Shown here: positions 57,113 through 64,000 of the stretch, piece after piece
Position numbering within the stretch: position 1 is the stretch's first letter
How the letters are laid out: each line of letters opens with the position of its first letter
Origin: an uncultured Candidatus Saccharibacteria bacterium
Lineage (GTDB): Bacteria; Patescibacteriota; Minisyncoccia; Ryanbacterales; HO2-45-13
Direction: 5' to 3'
NCBI GenBank assembly: GCA_964354975.1
Contig: CAYHBS010000002.1
Span: 16,088-80,087, forward strand
Length of the DNA: 64,000 bases
Translations under genes and position numbers: made by a program
Notes under the pieces: model-generated
Told to the model about the DNA's origin: nothing
Seen by the model: the letters and a program-made list of their open reading frames with translations, nothing else
Database searches by the model: none

Positions 57113-57859
57113 ATGGAGCTCACGGTACTTGCCGGGACAGATGCGCGGCAGATTTTTCAACATGTACGGCGCATCATCGAAGAAGCTACTCAAAAACAAG
57201 AGATCATATCCGAGGTGGACGTCGACGAAGCAGGAGAGGAGGTGCTCGAAATACTCGCCGCACGTTCTCTCTTTATTGGGAAGCGGTGTGTGATCGTAAA
57301 AAATTTATTTAAGAACGAAGCGGTGGCTGACGCAGTATATGCGTGGTGGAAGACAGAGAAGCAGAGGAATGATCAGTTAGTGATTGTTGTTGTAAACGGC
57401 GAAAAGACGACCGCGCATCCAATGCTTGCATACGCAAAAAAACAGAAATATGTAACTACGTACGATCTGAAGTCTGTCGGTGAGGAAGTGGGACGCCGCG
57501 AAATTTACCAGTTTGTTGATGAGTATCTCGCAGGCAACACTACGCGAGTGCTTAGTGAATACGCATCACTGACACGAAGGGGCATAAAAGCGCCAGAATT
57601 ATTCTGGGCACTTCATTTTCAGGTGCGTTCCATGGTAAGCGTGCTCGAATATGCACGAAAGGGAATTTCAGAAGTGGAAATCATCGAGCGCACAAAACTC
57701 CACCCATATGTTGTGGGCAAGTGCGTTCGTATGTCGCGCACATTGCCTCCCGGATTTCTCACGCGCACGCTTTCCCGCCTGCGCGACATAGATCTCAAAA
57801 TAAAAACAACACCATCGCAGTTTGATGATGTGTTTTTACAATTTTTATTAACCGCGTAG
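57113..57859 (+). CDS. holA: DNA polymerase III delta subunit (short form)
   Basis: 248 aa. Size, position and the delta-subunit-like N-terminal fold. Low-information sequence, assigned partly by analogy. Confidence 0.5.
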   Translation: MELTVLAGTDARQIFQHVRRIIEEATQKQEIISEVDVDEAGEEVLEILAARSLFIGKRCVIVKNLFKNEAVADAVYAWWKTEKQRNDQLVIVVVNGEKTTAHPMLAYAKKQKYVTTYDLKSVGEEVGRREIYQFVDEYLAGNTTRVLSEYASLTRRGIKAPELFWALHFQVRSMVSVLEYARKGISEVEIIERTKLHPYVVGKCVRMSRTLPPGFLTRTLSRLRDIDLKIKTTPSQFDDVFLQFLLTA

Positions 57860-57860
57860 A

Positions 57861-58124
57861 TTAGGATTTTTTAGCGGTCTGGCGAGCGATGGACGCCTTT
57901 CTGCGACTGGCGGTATTTTTTGAGATAATTCCGCGTTTTGCCGCCTTATCAATTGCTTGGTAGGCCTGCGGAAGGAGTTTTTGTGCTTCAGTGATGTCAT
58001 GTGCGCGTACGTGACGATGAATGTCCTTCACGACATCTTTCATGGCGCGACTGCGGCGCAGATTAAACACGCGACGGCTTTTTGATTGCCGAAGCGCCTT
58101 CTTTGCGGAGCGAGTATTTGGCAT
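57861..58124 (-). CDS. rpsT: 30S ribosomal protein S20
   Basis: MPNTRSAKKALRQSKSRRVFNLRRSRAMK... is the conserved S20 N-terminus. 87 aa. Confidence 0.88.
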   Translation of the reverse strand: MPNTRSAKKALRQSKSRRVFNLRRSRAMKDVVKDIHRHVRAHDITEAQKLLPQAYQAIDKAAKRGIISKNTASRRKASIARQTAKKS

Positions 58125-58127
58125 GAC

Positions 58128-60146
58128 TCACAGCGTATCATGGTCTTTCACATCTGGCAAGACTCCGTCAAGGGATTTTATGACGTCGCGTATTTCGGCG
58201 GCACGCTCAAAATCGAGCTGGTTGGCGGCCTCAATCATTTCTTGTTCGAGTTCTCGTTTCAACGCACGTTCCGAGAGCTCGTGCCGGTTCTTTTGAATAA
58301 TTTTTGCAAGCTCCGCAGGGGTGCGCTTTTTTGATGCTCGAAATGACTCAAAGAGATCTTCTCCAACAGGCTTTCCAAGAGCAGTGGGCGTTATACCATG
58401 TGCCACGTTGTATGATTCCTGTAATTTCCTGCGACGAGCGGTCTCGTCGAGTGCGCGCTGCATGGAGCCCGTCACGCGATCCGCATAAAAAACCACGTGT
58501 CCCGTGGGATGCCGTGCGGCTCTTCCGATTGTTTGGATGAGTGTGGTGTCATTACGGAGAAACCCCTCTTTGTCTGCGTCTAAAATACAAATCAAACTCA
58601 CTTCCGGGAGATCCAGCCCTTCCCGCAGGAGATTGATACCTACAATTGCATCAATATCTCCAAGGCGAAGCTTACGGAGAATGTCGGGGCGCTCAAGTGT
58701 TTTAATATCGGAATGTAAGTAGGTAACGCGAATACCTTTACCCTCTAGGTATTCCGAAAGATCCTCCGCGTTTCGCTTTGTAAGACACGTCACCAATGAC
58801 CGCTCACTACGAGACGCACGTTCCAAAATATGTTGAGCCGCACTTTCCACCTGTCCTTCAATGGGCTCAATAGAGATAGTGGGATCAAGTAGTCCTGTCG
58901 GTCGAATGAGTTGTTCTACGACCGGGCCGCGATCCATCTCGAATGCGTTGGGCGTTGCTGACACATACACCGTCGTTCCCGTGCGTATTTCAAATTCTTC
59001 AAATGTCAGTGGTCGGTTATCGATTGCCGATGGCATACGAAATCCAAAATCAACAAGCGTTTGTTTCCGCGCGCGGTCTCCGTTATACATCCCGCGAATT
59101 TGCGGAAGGGTCATGTGGGACTCATCAACGAAGGTGATAAATCCTTTGGGAAAATAGTCGATGAGCGTATGTGGAGGAGTGCCCGGGGCGCGACCCTCGA
59201 TATGGCGAGAATAATTTTCAATACCGGAACAATATCCAGTTTCTTTCAGCATTGCGATATCAAACATCGTGCGCTGGTTCAGGCGCTCTGCCTCAAGAAT
59301 TTTTCCCTCCGCCCGAAGAGCGGTCACGCGCGCGTCGCGTTCCGCATCAATGTTCGTAATCGCGCGCTCCAGTTTTGTGTTTCCGGTGACGAAATGCTTT
59401 GCGGGGAATACGGTAATCTCCCGCGCTGTTTCCCAGAGTGGGTCGGGGAAGCTCGTTTTTCCAGTTTTGATGCGATCAATTGTGGATCCAAAAAGCTCAA
59501 TACGTGTCACGGTGTTTCCGTCCGGAGCGTAGATTTCGACCAACTCGCCTTTTACACGAAAGGTTCCAGGTGTTTTTTCCACCTCATTTCTCGAATATTG
59601 GAGCATTGCGAGTGCGCGGAGCAGTTCGCTTCGTTGCACGGTCTCTCCCGTGCGAAAGTGCACTGCCATCGATCGGTATTCATCGGGATCGGCAAGTCCA
59701 TAAATAGCAGATACAGATGCGACCACAATAACGTCCCTGCGTGTAAGCACTGCGGCGGTTGCGGCGTGGCGAAGTTGATCTAAGAATGTATTAATTTTTG
59801 CATCTTTTTCGATATAGGTGTCGGTGACCGGAAGGTACGCCTCCGGTTGATAGTAGTCGTAGTACGATACAAAGTAGTGCACGGCGCTTTCTGGGAAAAA
59901 TGATTTGAATTCTTGGTACAGTTGTGCGGCAAGCGTTTTGTTGTGTGAAAGAATGAGCGTGGGGCGACCCAGTGCTTGAATCACATTTGCCATCGTGAAT
60001 GTTTTTCCCGATCCGGTAACCCCAAGAAGTGTTTGATATTGAGTCCCTTCACGGATATGACTCATCAGCGCTTCGATTGCGCGCGGTTGGTCTCCCATTG
60101 GTTGATAGCTCGAAGAGAGTCGAAATAGAGTTGGTTCAGTATTCAT
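58128..60146 (-). CDS. uvrB: Excinuclease ABC subunit B
   Basis: FRLSSSYQPMGDQPRAIEAL, Walker A GVTGSGKTFTMA, beta-hairpin region, helicase motifs and C-terminal UVR domain (AAEIRDVIKSL). Confidence 0.92.
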   Translation of the reverse strand: MNTEPTLFRLSSSYQPMGDQPRAIEALMSHIREGTQYQTLLGVTGSGKTFTMANVIQALGRPTLILSHNKTLAAQLYQEFKSFFPESAVHYFVSYYDYYQPEAYLPVTDTYIEKDAKINTFLDQLRHAATAAVLTRRDVIVVASVSAIYGLADPDEYRSMAVHFRTGETVQRSELLRALAMLQYSRNEVEKTPGTFRVKGELVEIYAPDGNTVTRIELFGSTIDRIKTGKTSFPDPLWETAREITVFPAKHFVTGNTKLERAITNIDAERDARVTALRAEGKILEAERLNQRTMFDIAMLKETGYCSGIENYSRHIEGRAPGTPPHTLIDYFPKGFITFVDESHMTLPQIRGMYNGDRARKQTLVDFGFRMPSAIDNRPLTFEEFEIRTGTTVYVSATPNAFEMDRGPVVEQLIRPTGLLDPTISIEPIEGQVESAAQHILERASRSERSLVTCLTKRNAEDLSEYLEGKGIRVTYLHSDIKTLERPDILRKLRLGDIDAIVGINLLREGLDLPEVSLICILDADKEGFLRNDTTLIQTIGRAARHPTGHVVFYADRVTGSMQRALDETARRRKLQESYNVAHGITPTALGKPVGEDLFESFRASKKRTPAELAKIIQKNRHELSERALKRELEQEMIEAANQLDFERAAEIRDVIKSLDGVLPDVKDHDTL

Positions 60147-60209
60147 GTGTCGGGTACACTACCAGTATGCAGGCAGGTCGTCATTTCAACAATTCAGGAG
60201 CGCAGGATC

Positions 60210-60792
60210 AATGATTGCACTACTGACAGGTGCCATTGCGTTTCGCGGAATGAGATACGTCATTCTTGATGTTGGGGGAGTAGGATACCGCGTGTATATG
60301 TCCGACCTTGATTTGGGTCGTGTGGGCGCGGAAGGTGCGGTGGTGTCGCTGCACACACATCTCCACGTCCGCGAGGATATAATGGATCTCTACGGATTTT
60401 TTACTCGGTCGGAACTTGAATTTTTTGAATCCCTTATTTCCATATCTGGGATTGGTCCGCGCTCTGCGCTTGGTATTCTCGGCGTTGGACCCGTGGATCA
60501 ATTAAAGCGTGCGATTGCTGCAGGGGACATTCGTCACCTCACAAAAGTTGCGGGCATTGGTAAAAAGACCGCAGAGAAAGTGGTGCTTGAGTTGAAAGAT
60601 AAGTTAAGCGGAGGAGCGGAACATGTGATGTATACAAGTGGAGACGCTGACGCACTCGACGCACTCGTGTCCCTCGGATATTCACAGGAGGAAGCGCGTG
60701 ATGCGCTTCGTGCGGTTCCGAGTGAGATTATGGAAGTAAAGTCGCGCGTGCAATATGCACTCCGCGACTTAGGAAAAGGAGACCGCACATAG
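60210..60792 (+). CDS. ruvA: Holliday junction DNA helicase RuvA
   Basis: MIALLTGAI...VILDVGGVGYRV (OB domain), helix-hairpin-helix pairs (ISGIGPRSALGIL, VAGIGKKTAEKVV), and C-terminal domain III. The ATG at 60210 is the likely start. Confidence 0.85.
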
Positions 60793-60828
60793 TTGTCAAA
60801 ACAATATTCTCCTGGTACAGTGTGATTT

Positions 60829-61032
60829 GTGACTTCACGAAATCCCCGAAGCTGGAAAAAATTCATCCGCACCAAAAAGGCGGAACTTCGTCGTGCTGGT
60901 ACTCCAGATGCAGACGTAAAAACCATCATCGCGAGTGAATATGCGCGTCTCAAAATAGCCCCAGCGGCACCCGTAGAGAAAAAACCTTCTAAGAAAGCAA
61001 AGGCAGGCAAAACAAAAAAAACTTCCAAGTGA
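60829..61032 (+). CDS. Small Lys-rich basic protein, hypothetical
   Basis: 67 aa, with the C-terminal tail KKPSKKAKAGKTKKTSK. Confidence 0.3.
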   Translation: MTSRNPRSWKKFIRTKKAELRRAGTPDADVKTIIASEYARLKIAPAAPVEKKPSKKAKAGKTKKTSK

Positions 61033-61070
61033 AGTAATCTTGATATTCAATAGTCACTCGCAATCCTACT

Positions 61071-61625
61071 ATGAGGAGCGAGAAACCCCAACCCAAACGC
61101 AAATCTACGCAACGCTCTTTTCATAAAAATGTAGCAGTATTTCGGCGCGAGGGAAGTAATCAGGAGGTCGTCGCTATGCTCCACAATATTCGTTCCCTGC
61201 AAAATGTCGGAGCGATGTTTCGCACCGCTGACGCCGCTGGCATCCAAAGGATTATTCTCACGGGGTATACTCCGACACCACTGAATCTTCTTGGTGAAGT
61301 ACGAACAGAGTTTGCAAAAACTGCGCTTGGTGCAGAGCGGAGCGTGCAGTGGGAGCAGAAAAAGAATATTTCATCCGTTATTTCACAGTTAAAAAGTGAG
61401 GGACATAACATCTATGCCATTGAAGAGACAATGGGAGCAAAAAATATTTTTACATACAGAACAAAAAAGCCCTGCGCGTTTGTTGTGGGGAACGAGGTCA
61501 CTGGTCTTTCTCGCGCCGTGCTCGTGAAGTGTGATGCGGTACTCGCAATTCCGATGAAGGGAATAAAAGAGTCGCTCAATGTATCTGTAGCATTTGGAAT
61601 CGCCGCGTACGAAATCGTAAAATAA
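61071..61625 (+). CDS. SpoU/TrmH-family RNA 2'-O-methyltransferase
   Basis: SPOUT motifs LHNIRSLQNVGAMFRTADAAG, FVVGNEVTGLS and AIPMKG...SLNVSVAFGIAAYEI. Confidence 0.8.
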   Translation: MRSEKPQPKRKSTQRSFHKNVAVFRREGSNQEVVAMLHNIRSLQNVGAMFRTADAAGIQRIILTGYTPTPLNLLGEVRTEFAKTALGAERSVQWEQKKNISSVISQLKSEGHNIYAIEETMGAKNIFTYRTKKPCAFVVGNEVTGLSRAVLVKCDAVLAIPMKGIKESLNVSVAFGIAAYEIVK

Positions 61626-61659
61626 AAAAAATAGACCCCCAGCGCCGTCACTGGGGGTC
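61622..61659 (-). terminator. Rho-independent terminator (minus-strand sense): GACCCCCAGtgacggcgCTGGGGGTC followed by T9
   Basis: 9-bp GC stem followed on the minus strand by TTTTTTTTT. Downstream of the minus-strand promoter at 62021-62049. Confidence 0.7.
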
Positions 61660-62014
61660 CTAAACTGTTCGCCTATTGGCTAACTACAAACTTGCCGTCC
61701 CTACCCTCTCTTTTTGGTAAATATCCGACCGGTTGTGTCGGTCAGTGTCCGCGCTCACGTCGACGCTTGTTGCGTCGCCCTCGTGTCCCGTCGTCGCTCT
61801 TGCGGAGTCGACGCTGGAGATCTTCCAAGTCCACTTCGGCGACACTGTTCCTGTCGCTCACCTCGTAGTAGGTGGCATTCGAACTTCTTGTGTCGTCGCA
61901 CCAGATGGGCAACACCCTTCGACACCCATCTCCGAGTAACTCCTTCGGAACCATTCCGCTCATCCTCTCCATCCTCCACTGAAGATTGGAACGCCGCCGC
62001 AAGTGAGCCAAAGT
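61660..62014 (-). ncRNA. Candidate about 390-nt transcript (ncRNA or small unconventional ORF) bounded by a consensus promoter and a terminator
   Basis: No convincing ORF or SD in any frame. GC-richer than the flanks. I could not match it to RNase P RNA, tmRNA, SRP RNA or 6S RNA by eye. Confidence 0.3.
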
Positions 62015-62020
62015 TACGTT

Positions 62021-62049
62021 CGATATGGAGTATACTATGTGACGCCATA
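62021..62049 (-). promoter_or_regulatory. Consensus sigma70-type promoter on the minus strand (TTGACA-17-TATACT)
   Basis: -35 TTGACA (62049-62044) and -10 TATACT (62026-62021) with a 17-nt spacer. Confidence 0.6.
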
Positions 62050-62067
62050 TCTGTCAAGCGCGTGTAA

Positions 62068-62078
62068 GAAATAGTTGT
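62068..62078 (+). promoter_or_regulatory. Extended -10 promoter element (TGcTATAAT) for the hydrolase gene
   Basis: TGCTATAAT at 62070-62078, 24 bp upstream of ATG 62102. Divergent from the minus-strand promoter. Confidence 0.5.
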
Positions 62079-62101
62079 GCTATAATGTAAAAACTCTATA
62101 T

Positions 62102-62776
62102 ATGGCAATGCAAAATAGTATTTCTACCATCACACTGACCACTACCGACAACACGCGTATTGTGGGGGATTACTATCACGGATCCACGAGTGCGGGTGTA
62201 CTACTCCTACATATGATGCCGGCAACGCGTGAGTCATGGGACGATATTGCGCTGAAATTTCAGGATCATGGATTTCACGTACTTGCGATTGATTTGCGGG
62301 GGCATGGAGAATCAGAAGGGGGGCCGGATGGCTTTCGCTCATTTTCAGATAGACAGCATCAAGCGAGTATTCATGACGCGGAAGCGGCAGTGGCATATTT
62401 GAGGTCGCAAGGAGCCATCGAACTCCATGTGATGGGCGCGTCCATCGGTGCAAATCTTTCGCTCCAAATGCTCGCACGTGATGCTGACGTGGTATCCGCA
62501 ATCTGTATTTCACCCGGCCTCGATTATTATGGCATCCGCACAATTCCATTTGCAGATAAGACGCGGGGAGATCAATCCATCATGCTACTTGCTGCTCGTG
62601 ACGACACACGCATGGGAGAGGAGCAACCAGACACCATACTAAAACACATTGCAGATGCCGCACATGGACGGGCGCAAGTAGAAATTTTTGATGAAGGAGG
62701 GCACGGGACAGATTTATTGAAACATTGGCCAGATTATGTCGGTACCATTATTGATTGGACGCAAGGGCACGAATAA
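62102..62776 (+). CDS. Alpha/beta-hydrolase fold protein
   Basis: Nucleophile elbow G-x-S-x-G (MGASIG), HGFHVLAIDLRGHGES lid region, and C-terminal GGHG. Confidence 0.7.
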   Translation: MAMQNSISTITLTTTDNTRIVGDYYHGSTSAGVLLLHMMPATRESWDDIALKFQDHGFHVLAIDLRGHGESEGGPDGFRSFSDRQHQASIHDAEAAVAYLRSQGAIELHVMGASIGANLSLQMLARDADVVSAICISPGLDYYGIRTIPFADKTRGDQSIMLLAARDDTRMGEEQPDTILKHIADAAHGRAQVEIFDEGGHGTDLLKHWPDYVGTIIDWTQGHE

Positions 62777-62777
62777 T

Positions 62778-63581
62778 ATGGAGCACGATATTGTTTTTGA
62801 CATAGAAACAGAAAAATCATTCGATGAAGTCGGAGGGCGAGACCATCTCACCGATCTTGGTGTTACTGTGGTCGGCGTGTATTCATACTCCGATAATTCA
62901 TATTATGCGTATGAAGCGAATGAATTTCAGAAACTGACGGAGGTACTCAAAGGCGCTCGCCGACTTATTGGTTTTAACATTCGTGATTTTGATATTCCGG
63001 TGCTTGCGCCGCACGTTGGTGTGAACCTTTTTTCGCTCCAAATGCTCGATTTGATGGACGATGTGGCGCGGGGCGCGGGGTTTCGTATTTCTCTCGATAG
63101 TCTCGCAAAGGCAACGCTGGGAGCTGAAAAGTCAGGACATGGACTCGACGCAATCACGTGGTGGCGCGCGGGAGAGAAAGAAAAAGTGAAATCATACTGT
63201 TTGCAGGACGTGCGTCTTACAAAAGACTTGTACGAATATGGCAGCCAGCGAGGCGAAGTATATTTCATTTCAAAATATGGAGGAGGAAAGGTCACAGTGC
63301 CGGTACGGTGGCGTGAAATTTCGCAACATGATGTGCCACATTTGGTGAAGCGCGCATATGACGAGCGCAAAACCATCGTGGTGAAGCTGTTGATGTCATC
63401 TGCGTCAAAGGAAAATCCAGAAACACGCGTGGACGTTACGCACATTGACCGAAAATCATTCGAGGGGTACTCTCACGAACGGAAGGCAACGCGCACGTTT
63501 CCGTTCGATGCGGTTGCTTCAATCACGCTCACTGACCACACGTATTTACTTGAACAAGATGTCCAACAAACACTTATCTAA
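62778..63581 (+). CDS. DEDD-family 3'-5' exonuclease (RNase H-like)
   Basis: Exo I (IVFDIETEK), Exo II region (GFNIRDFDIPVL) and Exo III (YCLQDVRLTKDLYEY). Confidence 0.65.
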   Translation: MEHDIVFDIETEKSFDEVGGRDHLTDLGVTVVGVYSYSDNSYYAYEANEFQKLTEVLKGARRLIGFNIRDFDIPVLAPHVGVNLFSLQMLDLMDDVARGAGFRISLDSLAKATLGAEKSGHGLDAITWWRAGEKEKVKSYCLQDVRLTKDLYEYGSQRGEVYFISKYGGGKVTVPVRWREISQHDVPHLVKRAYDERKTIVVKLLMSSASKENPETRVDVTHIDRKSFEGYSHERKATRTFPFDAVASITLTDHTYLLEQDVQQTLI

Positions 63582-63630
63582 TAATCTGAATTTTATAAAC
63601 TCACATGGTGAGCGTTTTTCGGTTACGTCA

Positions 63631-64000
63631 ATGTTAGATGCGATGCGCACCTACATGGCGCATGATCCAACGCGGGACTATGAGATTGTGATAGGAACTG
63701 ATTCTCGTGCCGGAGAGCGTGATGTTCAATTTGTTACATCGGTGGTGTTTCGCAGAGTTGGAAATGGCGGGATATATTTTTATACACGCACGGAGGAGCG
63801 CTCCGTTATGACCATGCGTGATCGTATTTGGAAGGAAGCCATGCGGTCTATCACGCTCGCTCAAGAACTTCGTTCGGTGCTGCGCGAGCAGTTTGGAGAT
63901 GAAATTGTGTGGGATAAGCGTATTACATTTCAGCATATTCACCTCGATATTGGCACGCAAGGCCCCACGCGTGAACTGGTGGATGGTGTGAGTGGTATGG
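63631..64000 (+). CDS. DUF458/YkuK-like RNase H-fold protein, 3' end truncated by the window
   Basis: The translation MLDAMRTYMAHDPTRDYEIVIGTDSRAGERDVQFVTSVVFRRVGNGGIYFYTR... matches the family pattern (IGTDS...FVT.V...G.G..YF). This plus-strand ORF is not in the supplied track, and the 63634-63960 minus-strand ORF is its shadow. Confidence 0.55.
   Translation, partial: MLDAMRTYMAHDPTRDYEIVIGTDSRAGERDVQFVTSVVFRRVGNGGIYFYTRTEERSVMTMRDRIWKEAMRSITLAQELRSVLREQFGDEIVWDKRITFQHIHLDIGTQGPTRELVDGVSGM

Noticed and set aside
61660-62014. Assigning the candidate transcript to RNase P RNA or tmRNA
   Set aside because: The universally conserved RNase P segments (GGAAAGTCCGGGC, ACAGAA..CGGCTTA) are absent, as is the tmRNA tRNA-like 3' end with tag ORF. 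It is left as an unclassified candidate.
63634-63960. Minus-strand ORF of 108 aa
   Set aside because: It is the antisense shadow of a plus-strand ORF with clear DUF458/YkuK-family similarity that starts at 63631.
1-64000. The many antisense or overlapping ORFs in the track (for example 17210-17611 -, 18079-18453 -, 25641-26594 -, 32082-32615 -, 34820-35233 +, 59061-59783 +)
   Set aside because: They lie entirely inside, and antisense to or out of frame with, long genes that have strong family signatures (pnp, uvrD, VirB4, uvrB and others). They are typical shadow ORFs.

Overview
This window has two compositionally different parts. From 1 to about 6.4 kb it is a high-GC accessory block: a rearranged IS66-family remnant, a protealysin-like M4 metalloprotease with a small downstream partner gene, a Cys-rich zinc-ribbon protein, a ComEC-type metallo-beta-lactamase-fold hydrolase, a patatin-like phospholipase and a membrane protein. 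This block is either a horizontally acquired island or an assembly chimera. From about 6.7 to 64 kb the sequence is moderate-GC, gene-dense and operon-packed, in a way that resembles a small-genome (CPR/Patescibacteria-like) bacterium. It contains the chromosomal origin region (rpmH-rnpA-yidC-jag on the minus strand, dnaA-dnaN on the plus strand, with DnaA boxes). It has four tRNAs (Pro-TGG, Pro-CGG, Lys-CTT, Arg-TCG), none encoding CCA, close to a CCA-adding enzyme gene. Other genes include rpsO-NYN-pnp, comM, an M23/LysM peptidase, a UvrD-family helicase, rsmA, PBP1A, ruvC-yebC, ruvB, a GspE/PilB ATPase, tsaE-polA, a histidine kinase and response regulator, holA, rpsT, uvrB, ruvA, a SpoU methyltransferase, a hydrolase, an exonuclease and a DUF458 protein. 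The most system-like locus is a tightly coupled 11-gene plus-strand operon (27.0-38.4 kb). It encodes a VirB6/TrbL-like polytopic protein, a PrgI-like protein, a VirB4 ATPase split into two ORFs, a VirB2-like pilin candidate and several secreted hypothetical proteins. I read this as a type-IV-secretion-like or DNA-translocation apparatus. Other notable signals are listed here. A tRNA-Pro pair is embedded in partial self-duplications and covarying hairpin elements. A GIY-YIG gene has an in-frame TGA at a conserved Arg position. Palindromes of the form GTTTCAyGTGAAAC flank a YraN-like nuclease gene. A promoter/terminator-bounded ~390-nt candidate ncRNA lies at 61.6-62.0 kb, and a perfectly promoter/terminator-bracketed small secreted-protein gene lies at 51.6-52.3 kb. 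I saw no CRISPR array or rRNA.
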